In this document: piece after piece, positions 48,062 through 60,569 of the stretch
Position numbering within the stretch: the stretch's first letter is position 1
How the letters are laid out: every line of letters begins with the position of its first letter
Source of the DNA: Malacoraja senta
Taxonomy: Eukaryota
DNA length: 64,000 nucleotides
Direction: 5' to 3'
Assembly: GCA_038087875.1 (NCBI GenBank)
Contig: CM075988.1
Coordinates: 6,386,001 to 6,450,000, forward strand
Notes under the pieces: generated by a model
Database searches by the model: none
The model's input: only the letters and a program-made list of their open reading frames with translations
What the model was told of the DNA's origin: nothing
Made by a program: the position numbers and the translations under genes

Positions 48062-48325
48062 TTTGAGTTTAGTTTAGTTTAGAGATACAGCGCTGAGTCC
48101 ACGCCGACCAGTGATCCCCGCACACTAACACACACTAGGGACAATTCTACATTTATACCAAGTCCATTAACCCGTACGTCTTTGGAGTGCGGGAGGAAAC
48201 CGAAGATCTCAGAGAACACCCACGCGGTCACGGGGAGAAGGTGCAGACTCCGTGCAGACAGCACCCGTGGTCGGGATCGAACCCGGGTCTCAAGACAGCA
48301 ACTCTACCCCTGCGCCACCGTGCCG
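48062..48325 (-). mobile_element. HE1-like SINE
   Basis: Minus copy with small deletions. Confidence 0.8.
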
Positions 48326-48779
48326 TTTCATGTTCAAAGAAAGTGGGATCAAACAGCAGTCGGGCAGGTGCCCTGAGTAAATGATCCTTCAACAAGTAAA
48401 TGGTCTGCAGAAGGAATTCAATTTACACACTTTGCAGAAGTCAATTCGTCTCATTGGAAACTGCGACGATGAGGACCCGCAGGTAAGACAACATTATCTC
48501 AAGGCATCTGCCAGGCAGATGTGCAACGGCACTTTGAGCTAAGCTTTCTGGAGAAGCCTCACACTGACATATGCTGCCAGATTATTCACTGGCTGGTGCA
48601 TCTGATTCCACTTTGCTGGCCAGAGTCAGGCAGCCGAGGGGTCTGGGAAAGCGAGTGATCTTTCCCCACTCGCCTCATTTGTATTCTCTCTCATCTCCAG
48701 CACCCCAGGGCTCAGATCCCCAGTGATTCACGTGCCACTTGCTCATGAATTGACTTGAAAAACAAATTGATTGATCGAT

Positions 48780-49065
48780 TGGAAGAGACAGCATGGAAAC
48801 AGGCCACTCGGCTCGCGGAGTCCACACCGACATGTTCACGCTTGCTCCATGTTATCCCGCTTTCTCATCCACTCCCTGCACACTGGAGGCAATTTACAGA
48901 GGGGCAATTAAGGTGCAAACCCTTCTTTAGGCTGTGGAACACCAGGGAAGAAACCCACGCAGTCACAGGGAGAACGTGCAAACTCCACCCAGACAGCACC
49001 CGAAGTCAGGATCGAACCCGTGTCTTTGGTGAAGCAGCAGCTCTACCAGCTGTGCCACCATGCCA
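48780..49065 (-). mobile_element. HE1-like SINE (older variant)
   Basis: GTCAGGATCGAACCC..CTCTACCAGCTGTGCCACC. Confidence 0.7.
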
Positions 49066-49351
49066 GCCTTCTGATTAGTTGCTTCTGATAATTGGGTAAT
49101 TGGGCAGAATGTATCGATAGGAAGGATTTGGAGGGATGTGGGCCAAATGCAAACAAATGGGAGCAACCCTGCATGCCAACTTGGTCGGCATCAACGAGGT
49201 GGGCCGAAGGGCCTGCTCGACGGTTCACCTCAGCTCTCCACGGCCCTCCTCGCTCACGTGATACCAACCCTCCCTGGGTTGAGATTTCCCTCTTCTGACG
49301 TCCGCTGAACTCTCCCCTGGTACAGCCCCTCTCCCGTGGGGTTTGGTTACG

Positions 49352-49666
49352 TTTAGTTTAGTTTAGAGATACAGCGCGCAAACATGCCCTTCGGCCCACC
49401 GAGTCCGTGCCGACCAGCGATCCCAGCATATTAATATTATCCCACACATACTAGGGACAATTTTTACATTTACCAAGCCAATCTACCTACATACCTGTAC
49501 GTCTTTGGAGTGTGGGAGGAAACCAAAGCATCTCGGAGAAAGCCCACGTGGTCACGGGGAGAAGGTACAAACACCGTACAGACAGCAGCCGTAGTCAGGA
49601 TGGAATCCGGGTCTGCGGTGCTGCAAGCGCTGTAAGGCAGCAACTCTACCGCTGCGCCACCGTGCC
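49352..49666 (-). mobile_element. HE1-like SINE
   Basis: Full minus copy. Confidence 0.85.
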
Positions 49667-50568
49667 GTTCTACTCCTATATTTCCTGAATGAATACAGCA
49701 AAGTGTCCCAGAGGCCTGAATTCCCAAACCGCGCTCCAAACAAACAAGTCGAGAGGCGAGAATGCAGAACTAACGGGATCCAGAAGAATAGGAGGTGACC
49801 TGCCAACACTTGCCACTTGACCAACGTTACCGATACAAATGACCTGCTCAATGTTCTCCTGTTGCTTCTGGGACTTCACTGCAGTGATTCCTCAATTATA
49901 ACCACAATCAAACTCAGAAAGCATTTCATTGATTGCGAAATGCGATGGGACGTCTTGAAAAGACAAAGGGCCCAAAATAAATATTATTTCCATCTTTCTT
50001 GTTCCAGGCAGTTGGACGTCCAAGTGCTGTTCCAAAAAATACATTGTGATGGGCGGAGGAGATAACAAGTCCATTGTTCAAGGAATGGCGATCGTACCCC
50101 AGCAAGTACCCCAGGGAGTGTCGGTACCCCGATTAGGGCGGCACGGTGGCGCTGGGGTAGAGTTGCAGCCTTACAGCGCTTGCAGCACCGCAGACCCGGG
50201 TTCGATCCCGACGAGGGGTGCTGTTTGTAACTAGCAACGCTATCACTGCGCCATCATGCCACCCTTCTGCTTTATCAGGAGAGACTTTTATCTCAATTGT
50301 CTACACTTCCCAATTACTTGGGCTTTTGTATTGAGGAGACATCAATGTCGTTTCACCCTTTCATTATCCCGAACATTGCTCAGCTCCACCAGGGGAGCAC
50401 AGTAGTGACTACCTACACCATCTACTGAATGCAGTGGAGTTGTTCACCTGGTGTAACAGCACCTCCCAAAGCTGGGACCTCTACTACCCAAAAGGACAAA
50501 GGCAGAGGTGCAAGGGAACTTCCAGGTTCCCTGCTCAGCTACACACCTAGTCAGAGGGTTGATATATA

Positions 50569-50958
50569 AGCCCCTGTCCCACTTAGGAGACCTAAACAGC
50601 AACCTCTGGTGACCTTGCCCGCCACTCAAAAAAAAATCAAGGTCGAGGTGACCTGCAACCTCCTACCACCTCCCACGCATATGTTGAAAACCTTCCTCGA
50701 CTATGAAGAAAACCGGCTTCGACTAGACCTGCGACTAAAAAATTATTGATTTTTAAAACGGCAACTTATTTTTAGTCGAGACCGGTTTTAATCATGATGA
50801 AAAAATAGCAGCAACCTAGATGAAGCCTCGACTATGGGGAAACCACTTTCGACCATTAGGGAAAGTGACCAAAACCTCCGGTGATCTCACGGAAACCTTG
50901 AGTGGCGGGCAAGGTCACCAGAGGTTGCTGTTTAGGTCTCTTAAGTGGGACAGGGGCT
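50569..50958. mobile_element. Harbinger-type MITE with about 60-bp TIR
   Basis: AGCCCCTGTCCCACTTAGGAGACCTAAACAGCAACCTCTGGTGACCTTGCCCGCCACTCAA and its near-perfect reverse complement; flanks ATA/TTA; inside a CR1 3' fragment (about 50549-51180). Confidence 0.88.
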
Positions 50959-51954
50959 TTAATCTGTGGAACTAATTTTCACAGAGGGCTGTGGGGGCCA
51001 AGTCAGTGGATATTTGTAAGGCAGAGATAGACAAATTCTTGATTAGAACGGGTGTCAAGGGTTATAGGGAGAAGGCAGGAAAATGGGATTAGGAGGCAGA
51101 GATCAGCCATGATTGAATGGTGGAGTAGACTCGACGGGTCGAATGGCCGAATTCTACTCCTATAACGTGAACTGGTGAACCAGCTCAGCTTGGAGTTATA
51201 TTGCTAGTCCTTCCTTGTCACTAGGTCTCAACTGGGTTACTTCCTCAACAGCACTTTGGGGGAACCATCACCAGACGGACTGCGGTGGCTCGAGTTGGCA
51301 GCTCTCCACCATCTGCTGGTGGACAATGTGGGACGGACAGTCAATGCCGGCTTTACCAGCGATATCCACATCCCCAAAAACATGTCTTTATCCCAGCCAT
51401 TCCCATCAGTGACAAAATCCTATGAACACAATATCAATTCATTGATCCTTGATCAAGCCACCTCTTCTAAAGAAGACAGTGCTCCTTCAACCTGCAACCA
51501 ATCATTCACTCTACACCGCACCCATCTCTCAGTCTTGACCGCCCCGATTTGCTGACGTGGGACTTGAACCCTTGAGGTTTGCACTCTGTGGTGTGTGTCC
51601 CATCTCCTCCATAACTAACGCGAGGGCTTGCAGTCACAGAGCATGATTTACCTCTTCTGGATGTCCCAAGGAGCTTTCCTTCGTACTCACAGGTACTATC
51701 GAGTGCAATCTCTGTTGAATGTCAGGGCCAAATTTCTTATTCATTTTGTTTCATATTTCCTCCCGGCAAAGAAGAAGGCCATTCAACCCATCAAATCCAT
51801 GCTGGCTCTCAGAATAATCCCATGCCTCATTTACTTCCCTATAACTTATTCTTCTCACCTGCTCATTGACTCCCCCTGATCCACTGACCTCCCACCCACC
51901 CACAACAATGTCCAATTAACCAACTGGAGGAGATTTAGACTTTACAGCGGACTT

Positions 51955-52255
51955 CAAACTTTAGAGATACAGTGTGCAAACAGGCCCTTCGGTCCACTGA
52001 ATCCCTGCCGACCAACAATTACCCCGTTCACTAGCACCGTCCTACATGCTGGCGTCAATTTACAATTTCCAGAAGCCAATTAACTTCCAAACATGCATGT
52101 CTTTGGAGCGCGGGAGGAAACCGGATCACCCGGAGAAAACCTACCTGGTCACAGGAAGAACATACAAACTCCATACAGACACCACCGGTAGTCAGAATCA
52201 AAGCCGGGCCTACGGTGCTCTACGGCAGCAACTCTACCACTGTGCGAATGTGCCG
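51955..52255 (-). mobile_element. HE1-like SINE
   Basis: Minus copy. Confidence 0.8.
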
Positions 52256-52368
52256 ATACAGATGTGGGAGGAATTTTGAGTCACATGGGGAAAGACATTT
52301 AGTCAGGGAGAGAACATGCAAAGATCCCAAAGGCCAGATAAACCATGTTAGAGAGAACTGAGGAAAAT

Positions 52369-52872
52369 NNNNNNNNNNNNNNNNNNNNNNNNNNNNNNNN
52401 NNNNNNNNNNNNNNNNNNNNNNNNNNNNNNNNNNNNNNNNNNNNNNNNNNNNNNNNNNNNNNNNNNNNNNNNNNNNNNNNNNNNNNNNNNNNNNNNNNNN
52501 NNNNNNNNNNNNNNNNNNNNNNNNNNNNNNNNNNNNNNNNNNNNNNNNNNNNNNNNNNNNNNNNNNNNNNNNNNNNNNNNNNNNNNNNNNNNNNNNNNNN
52601 NNNNNNNNNNNNNNNNNNNNNNNNNNNNNNNNNNNNNNNNNNNNNNNNNNNNNNNNNNNNNNNNNNNNNNNNNNNNNNNNNNNNNNNNNNNNNNNNNNNN
52701 NNNNNNNNNNNNNNNNNNNNNNNNNNNNNNNNNNNNNNNNNNNNNNNNNNNNNNNNNNNNNNNNNNNNNNNNNNNNNNNNNNNNNNNNNNNNNNNNNNNN
52801 NNNNNNNNNNNNNNNNNNNNNNNNNNNNNNNNNNNNNNNNNNNNNNNNNNNNNNNNNNNNNNNNNNNNNNNN
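52369..52872. other. Assembly gap
   Basis: Run of N, followed by (GT)n. Confidence 1.
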
Positions 52873-53261
52873 GGGTGTGCGTGCGCGTGTATGTGTGTGT
52901 GCGTGCGCAGGTATGTGTGTGGGTGTGTGTACACTTATCTTTATTTTCCGTCATTATATTGTTTACTGAGTACCAACATGTTCTGTTGTGCTGCTGCCAA
53001 GTAAGAATCTCATCGTTCGGCCTGGGACTTATGACAATAAAACACTCTTGACATATTTTACATCCTTTCGCCTCTCATCTGAAAGAGAGAATAGCCCTTC
53101 TTCACTGTTGCCCTTGGACATCAGCCAGATTACCTGTTGGTCTTGCAGTGAAGCCCTGCATTTGCCACCCTTTGAATTATGAGCAAGAGTAAAATCAAGG
53201 ATGTAGACAGGAAAGGTTATAATCCAGGGTTCCAACTCCTGTTGGCTGAGCAGCGATTTGA

Positions 53262-53925
53262 TAATACGATACGATACAATAGAACTTTGTTCATCCCAGG
53301 AGGGAAATTGATCTGCCAACAGTCATAAAACACAACAAGATACATGAAAAATGAAATTAAAGTGACGAGTGGAAAGTCCAGCATTGGGGATGTGCAAAGA
53401 TTGTGGAGGTGGGGGAAGGGTGGGGAAGAGGTGTCAGTCTACCCCACGACAAAAGGGGGAGGAGTTGGACAGTTTGATCGCCACAGGAAAAAGGGATCTC
53501 CTGTGGCGTTCTGTGCTGCATTTTGGTGGAATCAGTCTGTAGCTGAAGGTAGACACGGAATGCTGGAGTAACTCAGCGGGACAGGCAGCATCTCTGGAGA
53601 GAAGGAATGGGTGACGTTTTGGCTCGAGACCCCTCTTCAGACTGAATAAATGCTGGAGTAACTGAGTCTTCAGTCTGAAGAAGGGTCTCGACCCGAAACA
53701 TCACCCATTCCTTCTCTCCAGAGATGCTGCCTGTCCCGCTGAGTTACTCCAGCATATTGTGTCTATCTTCGGGTTAAACCAGCATCTGCAGTTCCTTCCT
53801 ACACTGTTGCTGAAGGTGCTCCTCAGTATGACCAGGGTGTCATGGAGGGGGTGAGCAATATTGTCCCAGATGCTCCGCAGTTTGAGGAGCATCCTCCCCT
53901 CCAAGACCAGCTTGGTTGTCAATTG
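53262..53925 (-). mobile_element. Rex1/Babar-like LINE 3' end split by a foldback element
   Basis: KLRSIWDNIAHPLHDTLV..RSTFSN; (CGATA)n tail on +. Confidence 0.7.
53551..53803. mobile_element. Penelope foldback insertion with two opposed hammerhead-like cores
   Basis: About 95-bp inverted arms; plus core 53675-53702; 14-bp TSD CTGT(A/T)GCTGAAGGT (53537-53550, 53804-53817). Confidence 0.82.
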
Positions 53926-54704
53926 TTGCAAGATGACCCTCTGATACATTATCAAATCTGCAGCCTGATGAGAAGGGGAAGTCTGCTAAGTCTCCGCAAC
54001 GGGAAAGATGAAAATGGAAAGTGGAGTGAAAAATAAATGAAAAATATTTAACTCTTGCTAAATAAAATGGTCTATGGAACTGATGCCCTCCAATGCTGAG
54101 AACTATATTCTGCACTCTGTATCTTCCCTTTTGCTCTATCTGTTGTACTTGAGTTTGACTTGAATGCATGGATGTGGGGTATATCTGATCAGTTTGGATA
54201 GCACGCAAAACAAAGCTTTGCACTGTACCTTGGTATATTGGACAATAATAAACCTGAACCTAAACTTAAACAAACAAGACAGTTTTTAGCATTTTCCTGG
54301 ATCACAGCTTGAGAGAAATGCTTCTCCAGTGACAGGCAACAGATTATATTTCATATGAGCAACCTTCCTCTCTGCGCTCACTTGCGTAACAGAATGGCAG
54401 TGATTGTGTGGTGAGGAATGTGAATGAGAATTGGCCTTGGTATTGTCTTACATAACGGCAGCTGCTCCTTACACCATGTTGTCATGTGTGGTTTTTAGAA
54501 ATCAATAAAAATCGAACTTACTGCAACAAAATAATGGAATGAAGAATGAAGAACGACTGCCTGAAAGGGCAGCGGATTGTAAAACACGTTATCCATGAGC
54601 AGGAAGCCTAGCTGGTGCCCCTTCCATTCATTGCTAGCTGGCACCCACCCAGCTCAACATCATGAGGGAAATAGATAGGATGAATGCACAGAGTCTTTTG
54701 CTGC

Positions 54705-55290
54705 CCTGAGCCTGTACTCGCTGGAGGTTAGAAGGATGATGGGTGTGGAACTCATTGAAACTTACCGAATAGTGAAAGGCCTGAATAGTGTGGATGTGGA
54801 GAGAATGTTTCCACGAGTGGAAGAGTCCAAGGCTCTTGTGGCTAAAGGGATCAGGGGGTATGGAGAGAAGGCAGGTACAGGATACTGAGTTGGATGATCA
54901 GCCATGATCATATTGAATGGCGGTGCAGGCTCGAAGGGCCGGATGGCCTACTCCTGCACCTATTTTCTATGTTTCTATGTGTTTATGTTTCTAAGACCAG
55001 AGGCCATAGCCTCAGAATAAAAGGACGTACCTTTAGAAAGGAATTGAGGAGGTTTCTTTACTCAGAGGATAGTGAATCTGTGGAATTCATTGCCACAGAC
55101 GGCTGTGGAGGCCATCAATGGATATTTTTAAGGCGGAGATTGACAGGTTTGTGATTAAGTACGGGTGTGGGGGGTTATGGAGAGAAGGCAGGAGAATGGG
55201 GTTGAGAGGGAGAGATAGATCAGCCATGATTGAATGGTGGGGTAGACCTGATGGGCCGAATGGCTAATTCTGCTCCTATAACTTATGAAC
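54705..55290 (+). mobile_element. CR1 3' end with a second CR1 tail nested at about 54831-54990
   Basis: Host GAAGAGTC..AAGACCAGAGGCC split by a (CTATGTTT)n-tailed fragment. Confidence 0.8.
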
Positions 55291-55833
55291 TTACCCATTG
55301 TAGGGAAATCAATGGGGAAATGTGAGTGTGTAGAGGAGAACATGTCGCCACTCCATTCTGCAAGAGTATGAGAAACAGAGAGAGGGACAGTCCTTTAGTT
55401 TAGTTTACAGATACAACATGGGAACTCACCCTTTGGCCCATTGAGTCTACACCCTCCATTGTGCCTCCTGCACCAGCCAGCCTATTCAGGAACCCACGAA
55501 CACTCACACTGTCAACACAGCCACAATTACAAAATACTAAGAGACTGAGTATTGAGCAAAATTATACTCCACAGCTAATGACGTTTTAGTCTCACAAACA
55601 CACAGCCACTGTTACCTCCACAGGTCAGGCATCATCTCTGGAGAACGTGGATATGCAAGATTTCCGGTCGGGACCCTTCTTCAAAAGGTCCTGACCTGAA
55701 ACATCACCTACCTATGTTCACCAGAGATGCTGCCTGACCTACTGAGTTACTCCAGCTCTTTGTGACCTTTTGTGTGAACCAGCATCTGCAGTTCCTTGTT
55801 TTTAAAGCCCCTATTACCAGTTTGCTTCCTGCC

Positions 55834-56110
55834 TTTAGACTTCAGAGATACAGCGTAGAAACAGGCCTTTTGGCCCGTTGAGTTTGCCGACCACCGATCA
55901 CCCGTACACTAGCACTATCCTACACACAAGGGGCAATTCACAGAAGCCAATTAACCTACAAACCTGTACATCTTTGGAATGTGGGAGGAAACCAGAGTAC
56001 CCGCAGAAAACCCACGCAGTCACGGGGAGAACATGCAAACTCCATACAGACAGAACCCGGGTCTCTGGCGCTGTAAGGCAGCACCTCTACCGCTGCGCCA
56101 CCATGCCACC
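55834..56110 (-). mobile_element. HE1-like SINE
   Basis: Minus copy. Confidence 0.85.
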
Positions 56111-56967
56111 ACTGTTACAAATTCCGATCCGGTTTGCCCACTCGCCCTTTCTTCACCAGCCGGCCCTGTGGGACTTTGTCGAAACCCTGCCTGAAAGGAA
56201 AGAAAATTGCTCTGAAAGAAATCCAAGTCTTTATCAGCTCCAAAATCAGGAGTAGGGTGGCCATTTTAAGCCTGCCTAATTATGTCAGTGATTACTTGGG
56301 CCTAACCTTCAACAGAGCGAAGTGTGAGATTCTGGCGGTGGTCTGTCCGGCTTCCTGAGCCCAGGTGAAGGGGGCCCACTTTGAGGCCTTGCGCAGGCAG
56401 CCCCGTCTGCAACTGGTTAGCACCACTCGATTACACTGCAATCTCAGGCTGCAGTGAGCATCAGCATGCTGAGAGCTGTGACAGTTCCTCCACATTCCTG
56501 TCTCCAGGGGAAGGCTTTGGCACTGCTAATCCCAGCACCGAGTATACTTGGCAGCCATTTGCAGAGAGTGATGGAAACTCCACAGTATTCGGTTTAATGA
56601 GCACCATCTGAGCCGAGCAGACCAACCCCACCCCCCCCCTCCCCACCCTCCACACCCCCAGCCCCCTCATGCACTCATATCTTTCATCTTTTTTCTTCGT
56701 CTAGTTTCTTCATCTAGTTTCTTCGTCTCTCTCTCTCTCTATCTTTTTCCCCTCTTAAGTTATGTATTCATCTGTCTGCTCCCCCTTATCTCTCTTTCTC
56801 TGCTCCCACATTTCTACTTGTCTATTCCTTGTGCTTCTATTTATCTTGTTGTTTTCAATCAATCTTGAACTGTCACAGCAATATCTCTCTTTTTCTTTCT
56901 GCTCATAACTTCCTATCCAACATTTCCTTATTCATTTGTCAGGTATACAGCACCTCTCCCTATCCCC

Positions 56968-56969
<2 letters not shown>

Positions 56970-57003
<34 letters not shown>

Positions 57004-57193
57004 CACACACAGTCACACACCTACAGTGACACGCACACAGTCTAACACACACTCACTCACACACACACACACACACAGTCGCACGTACACACACAGTCAC
57101 ACACACGCACAGTTACCCACAGTCCCGCATACACACACACAGTCCCACGTATACACACAATCACACACACAGGCACACACACACAGTCACACA
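56970..57193. repeat. (CA)n compound microsatellite
   Basis: Direct inspection; runs into the gap. Confidence 0.95.
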
Positions 57194-57393
57194 NNNNNNN
57201 NNNNNNNNNNNNNNNNNNNNNNNNNNNNNNNNNNNNNNNNNNNNNNNNNNNNNNNNNNNNNNNNNNNNNNNNNNNNNNNNNNNNNNNNNNNNNNNNNNNN
57301 NNNNNNNNNNNNNNNNNNNNNNNNNNNNNNNNNNNNNNNNNNNNNNNNNNNNNNNNNNNNNNNNNNNNNNNNNNNNNNNNNNNNNNNNNNNNN
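57194..57393. other. Assembly gap
   Basis: Run of N. Confidence 1.
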
Positions 57394-58009
57394 AGTGTTT
57401 TTTAAATGCTGTTGTAGTACCCGTCTCAACTACCTCTTAAAGTATGTATAGGAAGGAACTGCAGCAGACGGTTTAAACCAATGATAGACACAAAAAGTCT
57501 TCTGAAGAAGGGTCTCAACCTGAAACATCACCTATTCCCTTTCTCCAGCGATGCTGCCTGACCCGCTGAGTTACTCCAGCTTTTTGTGTCTATCTTCAAC
57601 TACCTTCTAGTTCCATCTACCCACCACTCACTGAGATTAATTGAACTTGGAAATCTTTTCTTCGCAAAGCTGTTCTGAAGCACTTGGGGCAATTCGTGCT
57701 ACGTTGAGCAGAGTTGAAGACGCCGGGAGACAGGTGCCAGCCTCTGTCAGACACAACTTCAGCAACATCTGCTCTTGCGGTAACATAATATTTAACTTTG
57801 AGTGTCTCTGAACGTAGAACAAAGAACATGGAACAGTACAGCATAAGGACAGACCCTTCAGCGTGTGGGTTGATGGTTTCTGATGGTTCTCCTTCCGCCC
57901 ATCCCACCAACGCCTCTGCCTGGTTTATACGCTCTCCTCTCCAGTGTGGGACACAAGAATACAACACTTGAGAGAGAGATTGTAGAACATAGAACAATGT
58001 CCAAACTGT

Positions 58010-58788
58010 ACATAGAAACATAGAAAATAGGTGCAAGAGGAGGCCATCGTGATCATGGCTGATCGTCCCCAATCAATAACCCGTGCCTGCCTTCTCCCCA
58101 TATCCCTTGGTTCCACCAGCCTCTAGAGGTCTATCTAACTCTCTCTTAAATTCATCCAGTGGTTTGGCCTCCACTGCCCTCTGTGGCAGGGAATTCCACA
58201 AATTCACAACTCTCTGGGTGAAAAAGGTTTTTCTCACCTGTCTAAACTGTGACCCCTGGTTCTGGACTCGCCCAACATTGGGAACATTTTTCCTGCATCT
58301 AGCTTGCCCAGTGCTTTTATAATTTTATATGTTTCTATAAGATTCCCCCTCATCCTTCTGAACTCCAGTGAATACAAGCCTAGTCTTTTCAATCTTTCCT
58401 CATATGACAGTCCCGCCATCCCAGGGATCAATCTCGTGAACCTACGCTGCACTGCCTCAATCACAAGGATATCCTTCCTCAAATTAGGAGACCAAAACTG
58501 TACACAATACTCCAGATGTGGTCTCACCAGAGCCCTATACAACTGCAGAAGAACCTCTTTACTCCTATACTGAAATCCTCTTGTTATGAAGGCCTACATT
58601 CCATTAGCTTTCTTCACTGCCTGTTGTACCTGTAAGCCAACTTTCAGTGACTGGTGTACAAGGACACCCAGGTCTCACTGTTCCTCCCTCTTACCTAACC
58701 TAACCCCATTGAGATAATAATCTGCCACCTTGTTTTTGCTACCAAAGTGGATAACCTCACATTTATCTATATTATACTGCATCTGCCA
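58010..58788 (-). mobile_element. CR1 LINE 3' end (same subfamily as 35825-36931)
   Basis: YRALVRPHLEYCVQFWSPNLRKDILVIEAVQRRFTRLIPG. Confidence 0.92.
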
Positions 58789-59333
58789 CGCAAAGGTAAA
58801 AGACGGCTGCACAGTGCACGGTAAGTCCTTTAGAGAGCGTGGAGGGGGGGGGGGGGGAGAGAAGGAGAGAGAAGGGGAGAGAAGGGTGGAGAAGGGGGCG
58901 GTGAAGGAGTGGAGACACTTTTAAGAAGCCAGACAACTTTTAATAAAGTTTAGCGGGCATTTTACCTACCGGTCGGTTTCCCTTGGTCCCGAAAACTCCA
59001 ATGAGCCAATTAAAATGCCCGGTCAGCGAAGGAGATTGCCTACGGCTGCCCTCGACTGCCTATAACTACATAGCGACCCCACTCCACTGCACTACGAGTT
59101 CAAAAGAACCATGCTGACCAATTTTTACTCGCGGAAATTTTTTTAACATGCTGAAAATTTTTCCTCGACCAAATTGAGGCCGCAAGTATGTGGGAACTTC
59201 CCTCGAGCATGAAGGAGAGTTCCAGTGACCTCATAGGACCTCCTAGGACCACGTGTCGACCATGCTGCGAGTTTGTGTCGAGGGCAAACTCTTCTAAACT
59301 CGCAGATTAGGTCGCCGGAGTGGGACAGCCCCT
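58789..59333. mobile_element. Right half of a Harbinger-type element related to 29883-30648
   Basis: Shared CGGTAAGTCCTTTA, ACCGGTCGGTT, CCAATGAGCCAAT; right TIR GAGTGGGACAGCCCCT + TAA. Confidence 0.75.
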
Positions 59334-60103
59334 TAAACCTAAAGCTATGCCCTCTAGTCCTTGACATTTCCACCCTGGGATAAAGGCTCTGACTGCCTAT
59401 CCTATCTATATACTCATGCCAGGTGGCTGGGTTTGATGCAACCTGTGGCCTCAAGGCTCCTGAGAAAGGTTTGGGACAAGTGTCAGTGAGTGCGGGCACT
59501 ATTCCACTCGTGCAGCTTGGGATGTGGGCGTCAGTGGTTAGATTGCAGAAAGAGGACATTTGGCCCATTGGGTAGATGCCAGCTCCTAGCAGAGCCATGC
59601 CACCAGTCTCATTTGCCCTCTCTTATTTTCCAATGGCCCTGTAATGTCCGCCTTGCACACCGACCAGGTCCCGTTTGATTCATTTGACACCGACCGCCAA
59701 GGTAGTTTACAATGTCCAAGCAACCCGCACATCTCTGGGATGTGGGAGGGTTTCATAGCACCTGGGTGAAGCCCCATGAGGTCACAGGGAGAAGGTGCAG
59801 ATGATGTAGAGAGCACCCAAGGACAGGGTTAATTGCCTCACCACAGTTCCACCCTTTCGTTAGGCCAATTTGAAAACCAAACAGCTGCCTAAACCCATTT
59901 CTCTGAGTCATTTCCTTCCCTGATCCGATTCAGTGCTGAAGAGGCCAGACCACAACAATTGGCATGTGGGAACACTGCGGGGCTGGCTCGATCCACCCAG
60001 GGACGGCGGATGTCTGTACTTGCCGTCGTCTCCTGCTTTAAACTAACGGGTGGAAACATGCACAGAGGCCAAAAAGCAGCTCAGAACCAGAGGGCTAAGG
60101 GCA

Positions 60104-60246
60104 GCTGAGTAGAAGGGTCTCGACCCGAAAGAAGGTCTCGACCTGAAGAAGGGTCTCGACCCAAATAAGAAGGGTTTCAACCCGAAACATCACCTATCCG
60201 TGGTCTTCAGAGATGCTGCCTGACCCACTGAGTTACTCTTTGTGTC
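60104..60246 (+). mobile_element. Penelope pseudo-LTR with quadruplicated hammerhead stem II
   Basis: AGAAGG(G)TCTCGACC(C)-like units at 60111, 60130, 60147, 60168. Confidence 0.75.
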
Positions 60247-60254
60247 TTGAGTTT

Positions 60255-60563
60255 TGGTTTCAGTTTTAGAGATACAGCGCAGAAACAAGCCCTTCGGCCC
60301 ACCGAGTTCGCACCAACCAGCAATCCCCGTACACTAGCACAATCCTACACACTAGGGATAATTTATCATTTTCGTCACCAAAACCAATTAACTTACAAAC
60401 CTGCACGTCTTTGGAGTGTGGGAGAAATCGGAGTAGCCGGGGAAAACACACGGTAACAGGAAGAACATACATACTCCATTCAGACAGCACCCATAGTCAG
60501 GATCGAACCGGGGTCTCTGGTGCTGTGAGGCAGCAACTCTATCGCTGCACCACTGTGCTGCCC
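60255..60563 (-). mobile_element. HE1-like SINE
   Basis: Full minus copy. Confidence 0.85.
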
Positions 60564-60569
60564 CCACTT

